DNA of 64,000 nucleotides, taken from positions 160,582,001 through 160,646,000 of the forward strand of contig NC_058368.1 in assembly GCF_018350175.1 (NCBI RefSeq), read 5' to 3'. The translations under genes were made by a program, and so were the position numbers. Positions 1 through 12,779 of this stretch are shown here, piece after piece (position 1 is the first letter of the stretch; each line of letters begins with the position of its first letter). This stretch comes from Felis catus (lineage: Eukaryota). Below the pieces are notes generated by a model. The model saw only the letters and a program-made list of their open reading frames with translations, made no database searches and was not told the DNA's origin.

Positions 1-1464
1 AAAGCGTTTTACTAAGTGCATAGAGCAAGAGTAGACACAAAATTATTGAGTTGATAAATTTTGTAATGAAATTTATGTTGAATATTTTGTTTGTTTGTTT
101 GTTTATTTATTTATTTATTTAACAGTCTTGCAGACTTTACTCCAGAAGAAAGGAAAGAAGGTAGAGAAGAATAGAAAGAGGAAAGGAGGGACGGGGAAAT
201 TTAAACAATTTTTTTGTCTGTTTTTGTTGCTGTTGTATGGGTTTTTGTTTTTTTTATTTTTCTGTTTGTTATTTTCCAAAATAGGTCATGAGTGAAGAAA
301 AAAATTGAGACTAAAATTTTGTATATTACTGTTTTATTAAATTGGATTATATTATAAAATATAATCAAATCAGGTTGTAAAAACAAAGAACAAAATTCTT
401 AACTGATAGGATTGACAAATAAAAAAAAAAGAAAGAAACACATGGCAGAATGGTTTATAAAAAGTAAGTATAGATTGCCCTTGAAGAATGAGTAATTCCG
501 GGCTTTTGCTCAGATGTTCCTTTCTGTTTTGAGCCCAGAAAAGGATTTTCATGAGTAGTTCAAAGCCATCGTCAGCAGAAGGTTTTAATTAACCAACTAT
601 AAAAAGAAATAGCCAGCATAAAAATAGTTACAATTGCTTTGAGTTGGACTATTTACAGTACAGACCTTAAAATGTTCATTTAAAGTGATTGCACACCAAT
701 TTACCTAAAGTGCTTTGTAAACACTATGTGGGTCTGTTTACTTGACATCCACTAGGAATGGCCACCGTGGTTGGCACAGGCCAGAGAAGTATTGCAATGG
801 TGGGCACAAACTTACTGGCAGCATTGTGTGCTTCTCCAAAAGTGAGCACTGCTTAGTTTACAGGTCAGAAACCAAAGTGATAATCTAATAAAATATTAAA
901 TTATTGTTTATTTAGCTATTTTAAATGCTGTTGTATTTTTGTTGGTGAGAAGCCGGCTTCTGTTAGGTATCTTCTTCAGTGAAGTTCTACATCAAAGTAT
1001 TTCTCATGAAAGTTAAATCAGGATATTATGCTAATCTCTGGATCTAAGCTTCCACGAGCAGCATATTTTGATCCTTGTCATGTAATTTGTGTATTTGTTT
1101 CTAGTTCTTTGATTGCCTTATTTAAAGATAACGGATATTAGGACATCCGCTTCATAGGATGTCAAAACAGGATGACATAGAAAACAATATTGGTTCAGCA
1201 AATCAAAATGTTCTCTGGCATGGTAAGGTTTATGTTACAAATTGTGACTGGTTCTTTGAGCCTGTTGTTCTTTGGAGAGCCATCAATAATGGGAATGTGG
1301 AAACTAATGGGAAGCCAAAAGAGGTCTGGAAGGGTAATTGTGGAGAGGGGTGGGTAGGCAGTCCAGAGAAGGCCTCCATATTTCTCTCTTAAAAGTTTGA
1401 CTGACACCTCTCTCTCTCATTTGTATGTTTTTAGAAAAGCAGGTAGTTAAAAATGTGTGGGAAA

Positions 1465-1684
1465 GGGGCTCCTGGGTGGCTCAGTCAGTGGAGCATCCGG
1501 TTCTTGATTGCAGCACAGGTCATGATCTCATGGTTTGTGAGATCCAGTCCCACCTTGGGCTCTGTGGTGACAGCACAAAGCCTACTTGGGATTCTCTCCC
1601 TCTCTGCCCATTTCCCACTTGTGCACATGTACTCTCTCTCTCTCTCAAAATAAATAAGTAAATGTTAAAAAAAAAAAACTTAAC
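1465..1684 (+). mobile_element. CAN-SINE (SINEC)
   Basis: GGGGCTCCTGGGTGGCTCAGTCAGT head, (CT)n, AAATAAATAA/A tail; TSD AAAAATGT(G/A)TGGGAAA at 1449-1464 and 1685-1700. Confidence 0.95.
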
Positions 1685-3027
1685 AAAAATGTATGGGAAA
1701 AAGGCTTTAAGTTTTTGGCAAGTTTAAAAACAGAAACAGAAATTAACATAAAGAATACTAGGATGACATTGAAGAGATCATTTCAAGGACACGAAAGCAA
1801 CAAAAACAGAAACAATATGTTTTAAAATGGGAGATTGCATGATGGAAGAAATTTAAAAACAAAATAAACACTGAGTTTAAGGAGGAGGAAAAGAATTTAT
1901 TATAATAGAATATTTTAAAAAAGAAAATAACTATTAAAACTAACCTTTGTAAAACAAGATTTAAATTTAAAAACAGTATAAGTCATCTGGCCACTTGTTA
2001 GAAATACAAATTTCAGGACCACAGATCTACCACATGAGAAACTGAGAAGACGTAGGCCAGCAATTCATGTTCTAAAATGACTCCCGGAGATTCCAGTGCT
2101 AAAGTGTGAGAATCATTCAATTACTTAAGGATCAGCAGCAGGTGAATTTAGCTTACTCATTACACAGCATCCAGCACTGTGCACGACACATGGCAAAGGT
2201 TCAGTAAAGCTGTGTTAAGTAAATGTAGAGATAATCAATAAATAAAAGCATAAAATTAGGGCTCACTTAAAAGAAAAAGTAGAGCATATTTAAAGAGACT
2301 TAAAGTGTAGTAATTGATAAATATATGCTTAAATAAACAAAATACCAAAAGAAACTATATTACCAGTTAAGAATTAAAGGACCCTAGAGAATTTCTTGAA
2401 GCAAATCTTGAGTCTTTATAAACACTGCCCTGCTGAGGAAGCAAAAATTTGTTAACTGGAAGAAAGCCAAGATGCAAAAAAGCCTAAATTTCCTTTGTTT
2501 TTCAACTTTAGCCTGAGACTTGAAGCTCCCATCACTTTGGTGGAGTCATGTTTTGCTTCACTACAATGGAAATCAAAAAGCATAGGATTCTTTTTCCTTT
2601 TCACCTATTGATTTCCTGCACGTGGGAATACCAACCCATTCTTGGGAATTTTGTTTACATAGCAAACATTGCTGTAATTTGAAATACCTGAGGTTTTCTA
2701 AAAGTTAAAGAAGTCTTAAATGTGCAGAAAAGTAATAATAATAATAATAATTATTGCATACCCATGTAACACTAGTTTTATTCTATATATTTTACCATTG
2801 AAATACATATTCCCTATGTTTTTTTTCCAAAAAAAACCTGTCTACTCATCTAAATTAACAAATTGATATTATTTTTAAAATCTATCTGTATTTATGTGCC
2901 CTTTTCCTCTTCTGTATCTTTCTTATTTTCTCTGTTTCCTTTACCAGTTTTTCTAGAAGTTTCCTTTTAGTTGTGAAGTTTTCTAAAAGAATCAGCTTTT
3001 GTTTTTAATCATTAAAACATACTTTCT

Positions 3028-3147
3028 TTGCTGAATTCATGTATCAGTTCTAGCAGCCTTTTGTGGAATCTGCCCCCAAAACCAAGAACATACTTTACAC
3101 ACTGTATGTTAGCCAATTTGACAATAAATTATATATATTTTTTAAAA
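3028..3147 (+). mobile_element. Very short carnivore L1 insertion: inverted ORF2 fragment plus 3' end
   Basis: 3065-3147 matches an L1 3' terminus (CTGTATGTTAGCCAATTTGACAATAAATT, compare the young L1 end at 45141-45180); 3028-3071 resembles antisense ORF2 (compare 48020-48068); 12/14 TSD at 3014-3027 and 3148-3161. Confidence 0.75.
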
Positions 3148-3232
3148 AAGACATAATTTCTGTTGTCTAATGCATTTAAAACATTTCTCTCATCTTTTTT
3201 ATTTCCTTTCTTAAATTTTTCTTATTATATAT

Positions 3233-3663
3233 GGTTGTGGGCTAGATGATGCCACCCCAAAATTCAAGTTTTAAGTGTTAACCCCCAGTACCTCAAATGT
3301 GCCTGTATTTAGAGATAGGTTCTCTAAAGAGGTGATGGAGGTCAAAGAAGGTTATGACAGTAGGCCCAGAGTACTTTGACCTATGTTCTTATAAGAAAAG
3401 ACTTGAGGGGAAAAAAAAGACTTGGATACCGACCTACATAGAGGAAAGACCATATGAGGACACAGGGAGAAGAAGATGGCTACGTACAAGCCATAGAGAG
3501 GGGCATCAGGGGAAAAAACAAAAACAAAAACAAAAACAAAAAACAAATCAACCCTTCCTAATACCATGATCATGGACTTCTAGCTCCAAAATTGTGAGAA
3601 AATAAGTTTAAGCCACCCAGTTTGCATTACTTTGTTATAGAAGTCCTAGTAAACTAATGCACA
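3233..3663 (+). mobile_element. MaLR solo LTR (MLT1B-like)
   Basis: CCCCAAAATTCA..AACCCCCAGTACCTCA..TGTATTT-GAGATAGG start; TGTGAGAAAATAA..TTTAAGCCACCCAGTTTG..AAACTAAT end. Confidence 0.85.
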
Positions 3664-3669
3664 GTTTTA

Positions 3670-4800
3670 AAACTTGTTAATTGATATTTATTATAAAAGT
3701 CATTGATCCTAAGTGAATAATTGGTGAGTTTTCACACACTCAGCACCATCATGTAACCAAACACTCAGACCAAATACCTTATCAAGACCAGCCTCCCAGA
3801 TGCCTGTCTTGTATCCTCTTCCAGATCTATTGCTCTCGCCTAACCAAGTCTGGCCAAGGATAAACTCAAGAATAACATAACTTAGTTTTGCCTGCTTTTG
3901 TACAAATAACATAATGTACTTTCTCTGTATGTTGTCATATAACATTATGTTTGTTAGAGTTCATACATATTGTTTTATGCAGTTGTAGATTGTTCATTCT
4001 TAACTCTATATACTATATCATTGGGTGAATATAACACAGGCTCTCCATTCTATTGAATTCAGTTTTGGGGTACTATTGTAGCACGATTCTCACACAGAAA
4101 GTCATGACACGGAGGCTTTTCTTTCCAGGAAACAACTTTATTCCTGCCGGCACAGCTCAGTTTGGTTCCCACCTGAAGAACTGAGTCTCGAATGCCATGT
4201 GGAATAGATTTTTATACATTTTCTATTTCTTTGTCTCCCATATATGGTAACACACAAACATGCGGTCTGATAAAGTGGTCTCATGTTACAAAGTCATGAG
4301 GGATGTCATGTACTTGTACTCATATAGCCAGGTGTGCCTTAAGGTTGGTTGGTTGGTTTGTTTTTGTTTGTTTTTTCCTAAGGGAGAGGACCCTACCACA
4401 CTATGAACATATTTATAAGATGTATTCTGGTGGGTACCTTTTGATGAACATAAGCACACATTTTTCTTGACTGTAATCTAGAATGGGTGATCGAGGCCAC
4501 TATGTGCACACATATGTCTACACTTAGTAGATTTTGCTAAACCATTTTCCAAAGTGGATACCCACTTAGAACCCAATAGCAGGGCATAGGTTGATTCATA
4601 TTCTCAATAACTCTCAGTATTTTTTAATCTTTTCATTGATCCATTCTGGTGGATGTGTAGCGGTCTTGCATGGAAGTTTTAATTTGCATTTCCCTGATAA
4701 CTAGTGAAACTGTGCATATTTCTATTTACCTGTTGTGCACTTAAATATCCTCTCTTAGAATTATCTGTTGAACTCTTTTGCCTAATTTTTTTATTTGGTA
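3670..4800 (-). mobile_element. Old L1 (L1MC/L1ME-type) 3' fragment, interrupted by an LTR
   Basis: Antisense L1 3' motifs (TTTTCCAAAGTGG, TTTAATTTGCATTTCCCTGATAACTA). Confidence 0.75.
4077..4400 (-). mobile_element. ERV1-type carnivore solo LTR
   Basis: TGTAG...CCACA termini, 4-bp TSD CTAT (4073-4076 and 4401-4404), minus-strand AATAAA near 4140; inserted into an older L1. Confidence 0.85.
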
Positions 4801-7800
4801 TTCTGCCTTTTTCTTGTCCTGTTTGTACTTTGGGTTTTTTTTTTTTTTTTGCTTTTGTTTTTGTTTTGTTTTTTGTTTTTTGTTTTGTATTTGTCCTTGA
4901 AGTTCAGCTATTATTGTTCATTTATTCTTAGTCTGTCTTTACCTTTTGCTTTTTGTATTACATATGTTATCTATTATACATCTTGTCTGGGAGTTGCATT
5001 ATAACATGTTCCAATAATATTCATTTGGGAAGAATTTTACTTATTTTTTTTCAAAGATGAGCATATTTTATTTGTGTTTGTGCAAATAAAATATAAGGTC
5101 TACAGTCATAGGAATACAAGACATATTTTCAAATATTACCAATTTCCACAAAATGTGCTTAAGTCAATTTCTTTGGACTAAGATTTTAAGTGGAGAATTC
5201 ATGCTCATATTTTATGATTTACCTTAAAAAGATTAAATTATGAATCTATTTTATGAAAATTAAAATGTATATTATAGATGTTTTGTGTACCTATATGTGA
5301 AAAACAAACCACATAATAGAAAAATCAATCATTTAAAAAATTTACTGCTGTTGATTTGTATATGTCATTCAAAACTGATACCTAACACAATGGCAATCAA
5401 AAAGTGAGTATAAAAATTTAATTTGTGTAAGCCAGACAGCGTGTATATTTATATCATTTATGTTTATATTGTAGCACATGTAACATAAAACATGCTATGT
5501 GTAACATATATAGATATGTTATAAACACATTATAAAATATATTTATATTGTTTATACACTCATTCTATGTTATGGAAACTACCAAAACAAAGTGAATAAG
5601 TTAACTCAGTTATCTAGAAAATGAGAAAATTTAGGAGATGAGGAAAGTAGCGTGGTTTGAACACCAGTAATACAACAGAGTAAGTGTATTTATGAAATTT
5701 AGTAAATGGTTAAGCCAGAATATGCTAGGCCTATTTGCAGAAAGTTTTGGGGATAAATTCTGGCTCTCATTTGTAGATTGTCTGTTGCAGTAATTCCTAA
5801 TCCACATACACATTTGAGTAAATTCAGTATTCTTTATTAATGTGTTCTTAAAAACAAACAAAAAATCCCTTCAATTATTCAATTGCAGCACTAAAAAAAA
5901 GCAGAAATGATATTATCTGGTTTTATTCCTTCTTTATTAGTTCTCTACTTTGGGTCCCAAAGTAAAAGATGATGATAGTTCAGGACATAATTCTTTATGG
6001 AATAATGTTTCTTACTGTAATCTGGCTCTGAATTATGGCTTGGTTGTATTTGTCTCTATCTTTACCTTCATGGAATGCACAGAAGTACACAGTAATAAAA
6101 AATAAAAGTATTTACCTCCTAATAAGACATTGGCATGTTGCAGGGGATTATCAGCTCTTTTTTAGAAAGGGAGTTCAATATTTCAAAACATTTCTCTGGC
6201 CAGATAATATGAACTGCTGGAAAATCAACTTTGATATCATTTAAGCCAAAACAAATCATAACTGCTTTCACTTCTTTTCTTAAATCTTTGAAATGATTCT
6301 ATTGTTAGACAATGTGCTGGATTTATTACTTCACTTTTTTCACCAGATGCCTCCTTCACTTCTATTCTATATTAATGGCTGCTCACGGACATTCAGGTTG
6401 TGCCAAATTGTCTGGAACACTCTCCCAGACTGGGCCCAGCATCCCAGTCTTCCCTTTGTCTTACAGGGAGACATTTATCAGGAACTAAGAACCCAGCATG
6501 CATGAGATTAATCCCTGTGATGGGAAAAAAAATGATTTTAAATGTGAAGTTGAAAAAACATAGGAAATGCTCTATGTAAATAAGGAGATTAGAATCTAAA
6601 CCTTGGGGAACTAGGACTCAGAAGTAGTTGTTTCTGCTCACTGAAAAACCCCAAAGTGTATTGTAGCCTAGCAGAGTAAAAGCCTTATTGAGAGAGGGAG
6701 ACAGTCTGTGGAATCTCAAATAAACAAACAAGCAAAAGGGCTTAGAATTGGAAATTTACCAACATTTGAAGGAAAAAAGACATCGGCTCTCAAGGACATA
6801 TTTATATTAATAGTTAAAGATTTATATTATATTTGCGGCAGAAAGTATTTATACCATTCTCATCCCTTAACTTAGACTTTGTATCCTGTTAGCCACTCCC
6901 AAACAAGGAAAGCAGATTCACAGTTGCTAGCAGAAGAGTATTTAATGTCAGGCACAGGTGTGGGGAAGAGGGGGTGGTGAGGGTTAATTTCAGGCAAACT
7001 GCTGTGTGTAAAGCTCTCCTGGTGTTTGAAGGACACAGGATGACTGTGTTGGAGGAGCCAGACAGAGAGGGAGGATTCAGGATGGAGGTGAAAAGACGAG
7101 TGGATGCAAAGAGAGTAGAAGTCTAAGTAGAGAGCCAGAGATAGAATGCACAGTTTAAATTTTAGAGCTAGGAGAATATGGCTTAATAGTTTTGTTTTGT
7201 TTGGGAAACTTCTCTTTGATATATGGGTGGGAAAGGATTTTACCAAGTAAATTTAGGATTTCCAGGTACATGGCTCAGGAAGGTTGTGTCTTGAGGAGAA
7301 ATGAGAACTCAAACCCCTAGAAAGATAGAGCCAGTAGTTAATTTACATTCTTGGGTATGCACTGTTCTCTGGTGATCTTGATAAGCCTGATCCAGTACCT
7401 GACAGTTTACTAGAAATGGATGTAGATAGCAACTTGAAACGTCAGACCATAAAAGCTGAGGGTCAGGCTATGGAATATAGCAACCATTTCAAATACAGAC
7501 CATTCTCTAAGCCTTCCTCTGGGTTTGTGTTCGGGGAGAAGTTGGGAGTCACGTATTCTCCTGTCAATATACTTATTATATTGTCACTGTAACCACACAA
7601 GCCTATGGGTGGCAAAAATCTAAGAGTTCTTATTTGCAGCAAGACTGCTTTAATATAACCACATCTCATATCTAGAAAAGCAAAAATTAACACAGGTATA
7701 TATATCCAAACTGTGTGTGAAGGTGTTAAATGTGCACACATATGCTTAATTTAATGCTGTGTTGTAAGTTAATAATAGCTGATTCTAACAGTATAGATGT

Positions 7801-8189
7801 TTTGAACATTTTTCCAATGTAAGCTAATATAATCATGTTGTAGCTATTTACGAACAGCTGCCTCATTACAAAAGTGCTGACATATCCTTTACTGTATTGA
7901 TGCTGATTAGTGGGAAGAAACTAACTCGCTACATTCCAGAGTACAGGAGGTTTGTCTTTCTTAGGGGTATTTTTATGCTCCCTGAAAACTTGATATTCTT
8001 TTAAAATAAAGGGTTCAGCTACTAATATATTTTTTCCATCAGACTTTGTAATTTTTTCCCAAGGCTTCAGAATTTAAAGGAATAAATAGGCTCTGAACCT
8101 GTTCTCAAGAATGATTCTCACATTGGAAAATTGCTGTTCATTTCAAATCCATTTTTGGAAATGCATACATCAGTTCCTCTATTCCATAT

Positions 8190-9130
8190 ATAAACTAGCC
8201 ATTATGCATTATTCTGTTTTAAGCACTCTGCTATGGGTTGAAGATAAAAAGATGAAATATGTAGTCTTATTTCTTAATAGTCTATAATAACAGGAAAAAC
8301 ACATGTATAAACAGAAAGTTATAGTTAAGTGTTTAATATTTGATGAGAGTGAGAGATGTATAGTTGTAGAACTAATAAAAAGAAGAGATTAATTGTTATG
8401 TTCTGTAATTGTAGGAAGAAGTGGAAGACTTTGTAGAGGAGGTACCATGTGAACAAAGTTTCAGAAAATGGAGTTGGCCAGATAGACAAAAAAGGGGAAC
8501 ATTTCTACCACTGCATATTGCCCCTGCACTACATTCCCACAGAGGCAACATAAGTGTGGGCAACTAAAAGTCATTCAGTAGGGCTGGATTAGGAAACTAG
8601 GAAGAAAAAATGATCAGACCTGAGGTGGGAGATGCAGGAAGTTACCAGTTTATAAAGGGTGTTTATGCCTTACTAAGGAAGTTAGGCTTTGTCCCATAAT
8701 TAATGGCAAACCACTAATTGGTTTGAAGCAGGATGATGATGATGTCTTAACATTCACATTGTGGCAAAATGACTTTAATAGCAGATCTGGTGATAGGTGA
8801 GGGAAAGAAAGCCTGGAGTCAGGAAGTCATAGTCCATGCATGTGATGAGGAGGGTTTATATTTAGCTGATAGCAGTGGGGGAGAAGATAAATTGCAATTG
8901 AAAGTCATTCCTGAGGTAAATATATACAGGAAACAATGGGCAAGAGTAAAATGGCCAAGGTCAAATGTACAGTGGATTGTGAAAGAAAATAATAGTGCTA
9001 CAAACAGAATTGCAAAGAAGATTCACATTTAGAGTATAGATATAGGAAAAGAACCAGTGAAAAAGACTGACAATGCACAACTGTAAGGAAAGTTGGAAAA
9101 GAACTGGAGGAGTATGAGACTAATGTTCCA
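8190..9130 (-). mobile_element. L2 LINE fragment (decayed)
   Basis: Purine-rich degenerate antisense L2 motifs (AAGCACTCTGCTATGGGTTGAAGATAAAAAGATGAA; GGCAAACCACTAATTGGTTTGAAGCAGG). Confidence 0.6.
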
Positions 9131-9343
9131 TGTTCTTCTTTTCTATATTTGCTTGTCCTGTTTTCCTTTTATGCGGAGCTAACTCATTTGAAGTCATTTC
9201 TAATTAATCTTGTTTCAGTACAGTCCTATGTCAAGTCATATTTGGGCAATCTATTTTCTGTCACTTGTGCTAATTAGCCTGGACTTAATTGAATTTTTTA
9301 TTTATACTATTTTTTTTTAAATTTTGACACATTAAGTCATACT

Positions 9344-9517
<174 letters not shown>

Positions 9518-9818
9518 TTTTCCAGTAAAGGGTATGGGAGAATCTGACAACATATAAAACCTTTTAATCAATTATTCCATCTTTGAATCATTACTAATAT
9601 AAACAATAGTTTCAAATATACTAGTGGTTTTGACTTGTTTTCTGTACAGAATTGTTTTCTGTAACTGAATATTAAATCTCAGTTTTCATAATGGGCAAAA
9701 ATTAAGAAGTCTTACAAAGCCCATAGTCAAGCCCATGTTGAGGGTGTGGATCAAGGGAGAATTGTTAAGTAATGTTTCTGAGAGTGTAGTTTCCTATTGA
9801 AGTTTAACATTTTTATTA

Positions 9819-10018
9819 GGGGAGCCTAGGTGACTCAGTTGGTTAAACATCCAACTCTCGATTTTGGCTCAGGTCATGATTTCGCGGTCGTAAGATCGAG
9901 CCCTGCGTTGGGCTCCATGCTGAGCATGGAGCTGCTTGGGATTCTCTGTCTCCCTCTTTCTTTGCTCCTACCCTGCTTACACTGTCTCTCTCAAAATAAA
10001 TAAATAAACATTAAAAAA
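9819..10018 (+). mobile_element. CAN-SINE
   Basis: GGGGAGCCTAGGTGACTCAGTTGGTTAA head; CAAAATAAATAAATAAACATT tail. Confidence 0.95.
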
Positions 10019-11013
10019 TTTTTCAAATATAAAAATATGTGGAGGGAAAATTAAGTAAAATGTGACTTTAACATTTAAAGAGACAAATGACATGAAATAA
10101 ATTGTAGGCTTGACCATATCTCTATGTTTTATATCCATTAGAAAATGAATGGTTACTTGTACAGCCTATTAGTCCAGGTCAAAAAATAATTAGTTAATGG
10201 TTCAAAGAAATTTTCTAATTTTTGTGCTTCTTATTTTGTGATTTGGTCTAATAAGTTAATTATAATCTTTAAACACCCATTTTGCATGAGTGAAAAATTT
10301 TGGTTTTATTCAGTTAAATAGGTTGTCAGAAGACGCTTTGTTTTCATTAATATATTGGACATTTTCTCACTATAGCGTTCCTTAACTCCATTTGTTGTTC
10401 CTTTTTCAATGTACTTAAAGTAAGAAAGTCCTGGTGAGTTATTACACACCTTTGTTGTGTACAGGAATACCACTTATAGGGCCCTGGGGCATTAATCACT
10501 TAAAAGCACACATTGCTCAAATTAATAGAGAGTACTTTGAACTCAGGATGCTAGAAATAGTTTCCTTAAGAGTAGCCAATTCTCCATCATTGCATTACAG
10601 AAGACTATAAAGTCCCTTCCAGAATTGACATGTTTTATTTATAGGCGACCTTACTCCTGGTTTGGCAGGAAATACTACATAAATGTTGGAGGTTGTTGTT
10701 GTTGTTGCCACTACTTATTCAAGATATTTTTACTTTTGTTTACTTCTTTTTTTCTTTGGTTTTGGTTTATGAACTAATTGTATCACTTCATCACTTTACT
10801 AGAATAAGGACCCCATGTTTAGGCATGATGAATTACAATGTGTAATGTTATAGATTGACTTCATAGATTAACTCTTCTTTCAGAGAGTATCTCTCTTCTC
10901 ACAGTGTACTTTTCAGACCATGAGGGGTAAAATTAGATTTTAAAAATTAGGTGTTAATACTTTACATAAATGTATTAGCAATATTTGTGAAATTCTAGTA
11001 GATGTAACCATTT

Positions 11014-11226
11014 TTAATTAATTTTTTTTAATGTTTATTTATTTTTGAGAGAGAGAGAGTGTGAGCAGGAGAGAGGCAGAGAGAGAGGGAGACACAGAAT
11101 CCAAAGCAGGCTTCAGGCTCTGAGCCGTCGGCACAGAGCCCGACTTGGGGCTCAAACACACAAGTCATGAGATTGTGACCTGAGCTCAAGTCGGACGCCC
11201 AACTGGCTGAGCCACCCAGGCAGCCC
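11014..11226 (-). mobile_element. CAN-SINE (SINEC_Fc-like)
   Basis: TSD TAGATGTAACCATTT at 10999-11013 and 11227-11241. Confidence 0.97.
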
Positions 11227-11925
11227 TAGATGTAACCATTTCTGATAAAGAAAGCTATATTACTAGCTAAAGAAAGAGAGCATTTCAAAATAATTTATTC
11301 TTTTCAATGAAATCAATATCATATATTAAAATCATTTCTGTAGGAAGAGTTTTCTAAATACTGTACCTTACTGATTGTAAAACACATTTTTTTCATTACA
11401 GTACCCTGCTATGTCAGAATGCAGCTTATAATAGATTATATTTTACAATAGGTCTAAGCCCAATAATAGTCATGACTTAGTCATCTGAAAAGCTTCTCTT
11501 AACACATTTTTATCATATTAATATTGTTTTGATTTGATTAAATACAGTATCAGGCAGAAATATTTTAATACCAGCTGTTTAACAGTATAAAAAACTGACT
11601 TGCCAATGAATTTTAGTTTTTACATTTATTATTATATTAAAAATAAGCCATTACAGAATTGTTCATGATTCTTACCCATAACTAACTTTTAATCAGGCCA
11701 TAGCTTTGGAATAAAAAGAGGAGAATTCAGATGGATTCAATCATTTTATCATTAGTTCCTATATGGTAGATGGCATTATTCTGGGAATCACAGCTTTGGC
11801 TTGACCTGTATGGATTTAACTGAGACTTGTGTTTCAAAATGGTAGGGAGGCATTTTTTACGTAAGGGCATAGCCTCTATTTCTTTCAGAGATATAAATAA
11901 TATTAAATAATGTATAATTCTCATC

Positions 11926-11998
11926 GTGGCAGACTTGAAGGTGACCCCATGATCCTGTCACCTAGTATTCATGCCTTTGTGAAATCCCATTCCCTCTT
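11926..11998 (+). mobile_element. MaLR LTR 5' fragment (MLT1-like)
   Basis: GTGGCAGACTTGAAGGTGACCCCATGATCC..CCTAGTATTCATGCCTTTGTG resembles an MLT1 LTR start. Confidence 0.55.
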
Positions 11999-12454
11999 TT
12001 ACTTTATAGCTAATAGAATCATTAGCTTCACGTAAGCTTTAAAGAACAATTATAACTAGGGATGAAGAGGGACAAATAAAATATTTAGAACATTTCCCTT
12101 TATATAAAATAGATAAAAAGTTAAGTAAAAATACTTCAAGTCAGAGTTGAATTAACTGTTGAATCAAATTATTTGATGAAATTATCTGGAATTTAGGAAA
12201 ATAATTTTCCTTCAATATTTTCCAGCTCAGCATTTTTGTTTTTTATTTTACTTTGAAAAACTAAGTGCATACCATCTTCCATGTGTGGAAGACTGTCATG
12301 CTATCTATGAGTACTATACTAGGGCTTATTCAGTGTCCTAATTATAGTATTTAATTTACTGCATAAAACAGATGGAAAAACAACATAAAATAGATTTTAT
12401 TTCTGGCAGTATGACAATTCAATATATTTGGCTGAATTAAAAAATATTAGTGAA

Positions 12455-12670
12455 GGGGCACCTGGGTGGCTCAGTCGGTTAAGCATCCGACTTCGGCTCA
12501 GGTGGTGATCTCACGGTCCGTGAGTTCGAGCCCCGTGTCGAGCTCTGTGCTGACAATTCAGAGCCTGGAGCCTGCTTCTGATTCTGTGTCTCCCTCTCTC
12601 TCTGACCCTCCCCCCATTCATGCTCTGTCTCTCTCTGTCTCAAAAATAAATAAACGTTAAAAAATAAAAA
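12455..12670 (+). mobile_element. CAN-SINE (SINEC_Fc-like)
   Basis: Canonical head, CpGs retained, degenerate TSD around ATTAGT(G/T)AA. Confidence 0.97.
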
Positions 12671-12779
12671 AATTAGTTAAAATATAGAGAAATATCTAAG
12701 CATATTACCAACTCATGTAACTATAATTTTCCATGACTCCTAATCAACTGAACCATGGAAGGTATCAGATGGATTTTGA

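Noticed and set aside
7338..7592. ~85-codon stop-free + frame (…DLDKPDPVPDSLLEMDVDSNLKRQ…)
   Set aside because: No recognisable homology or good splice sites; length is within chance expectation for 64 kb
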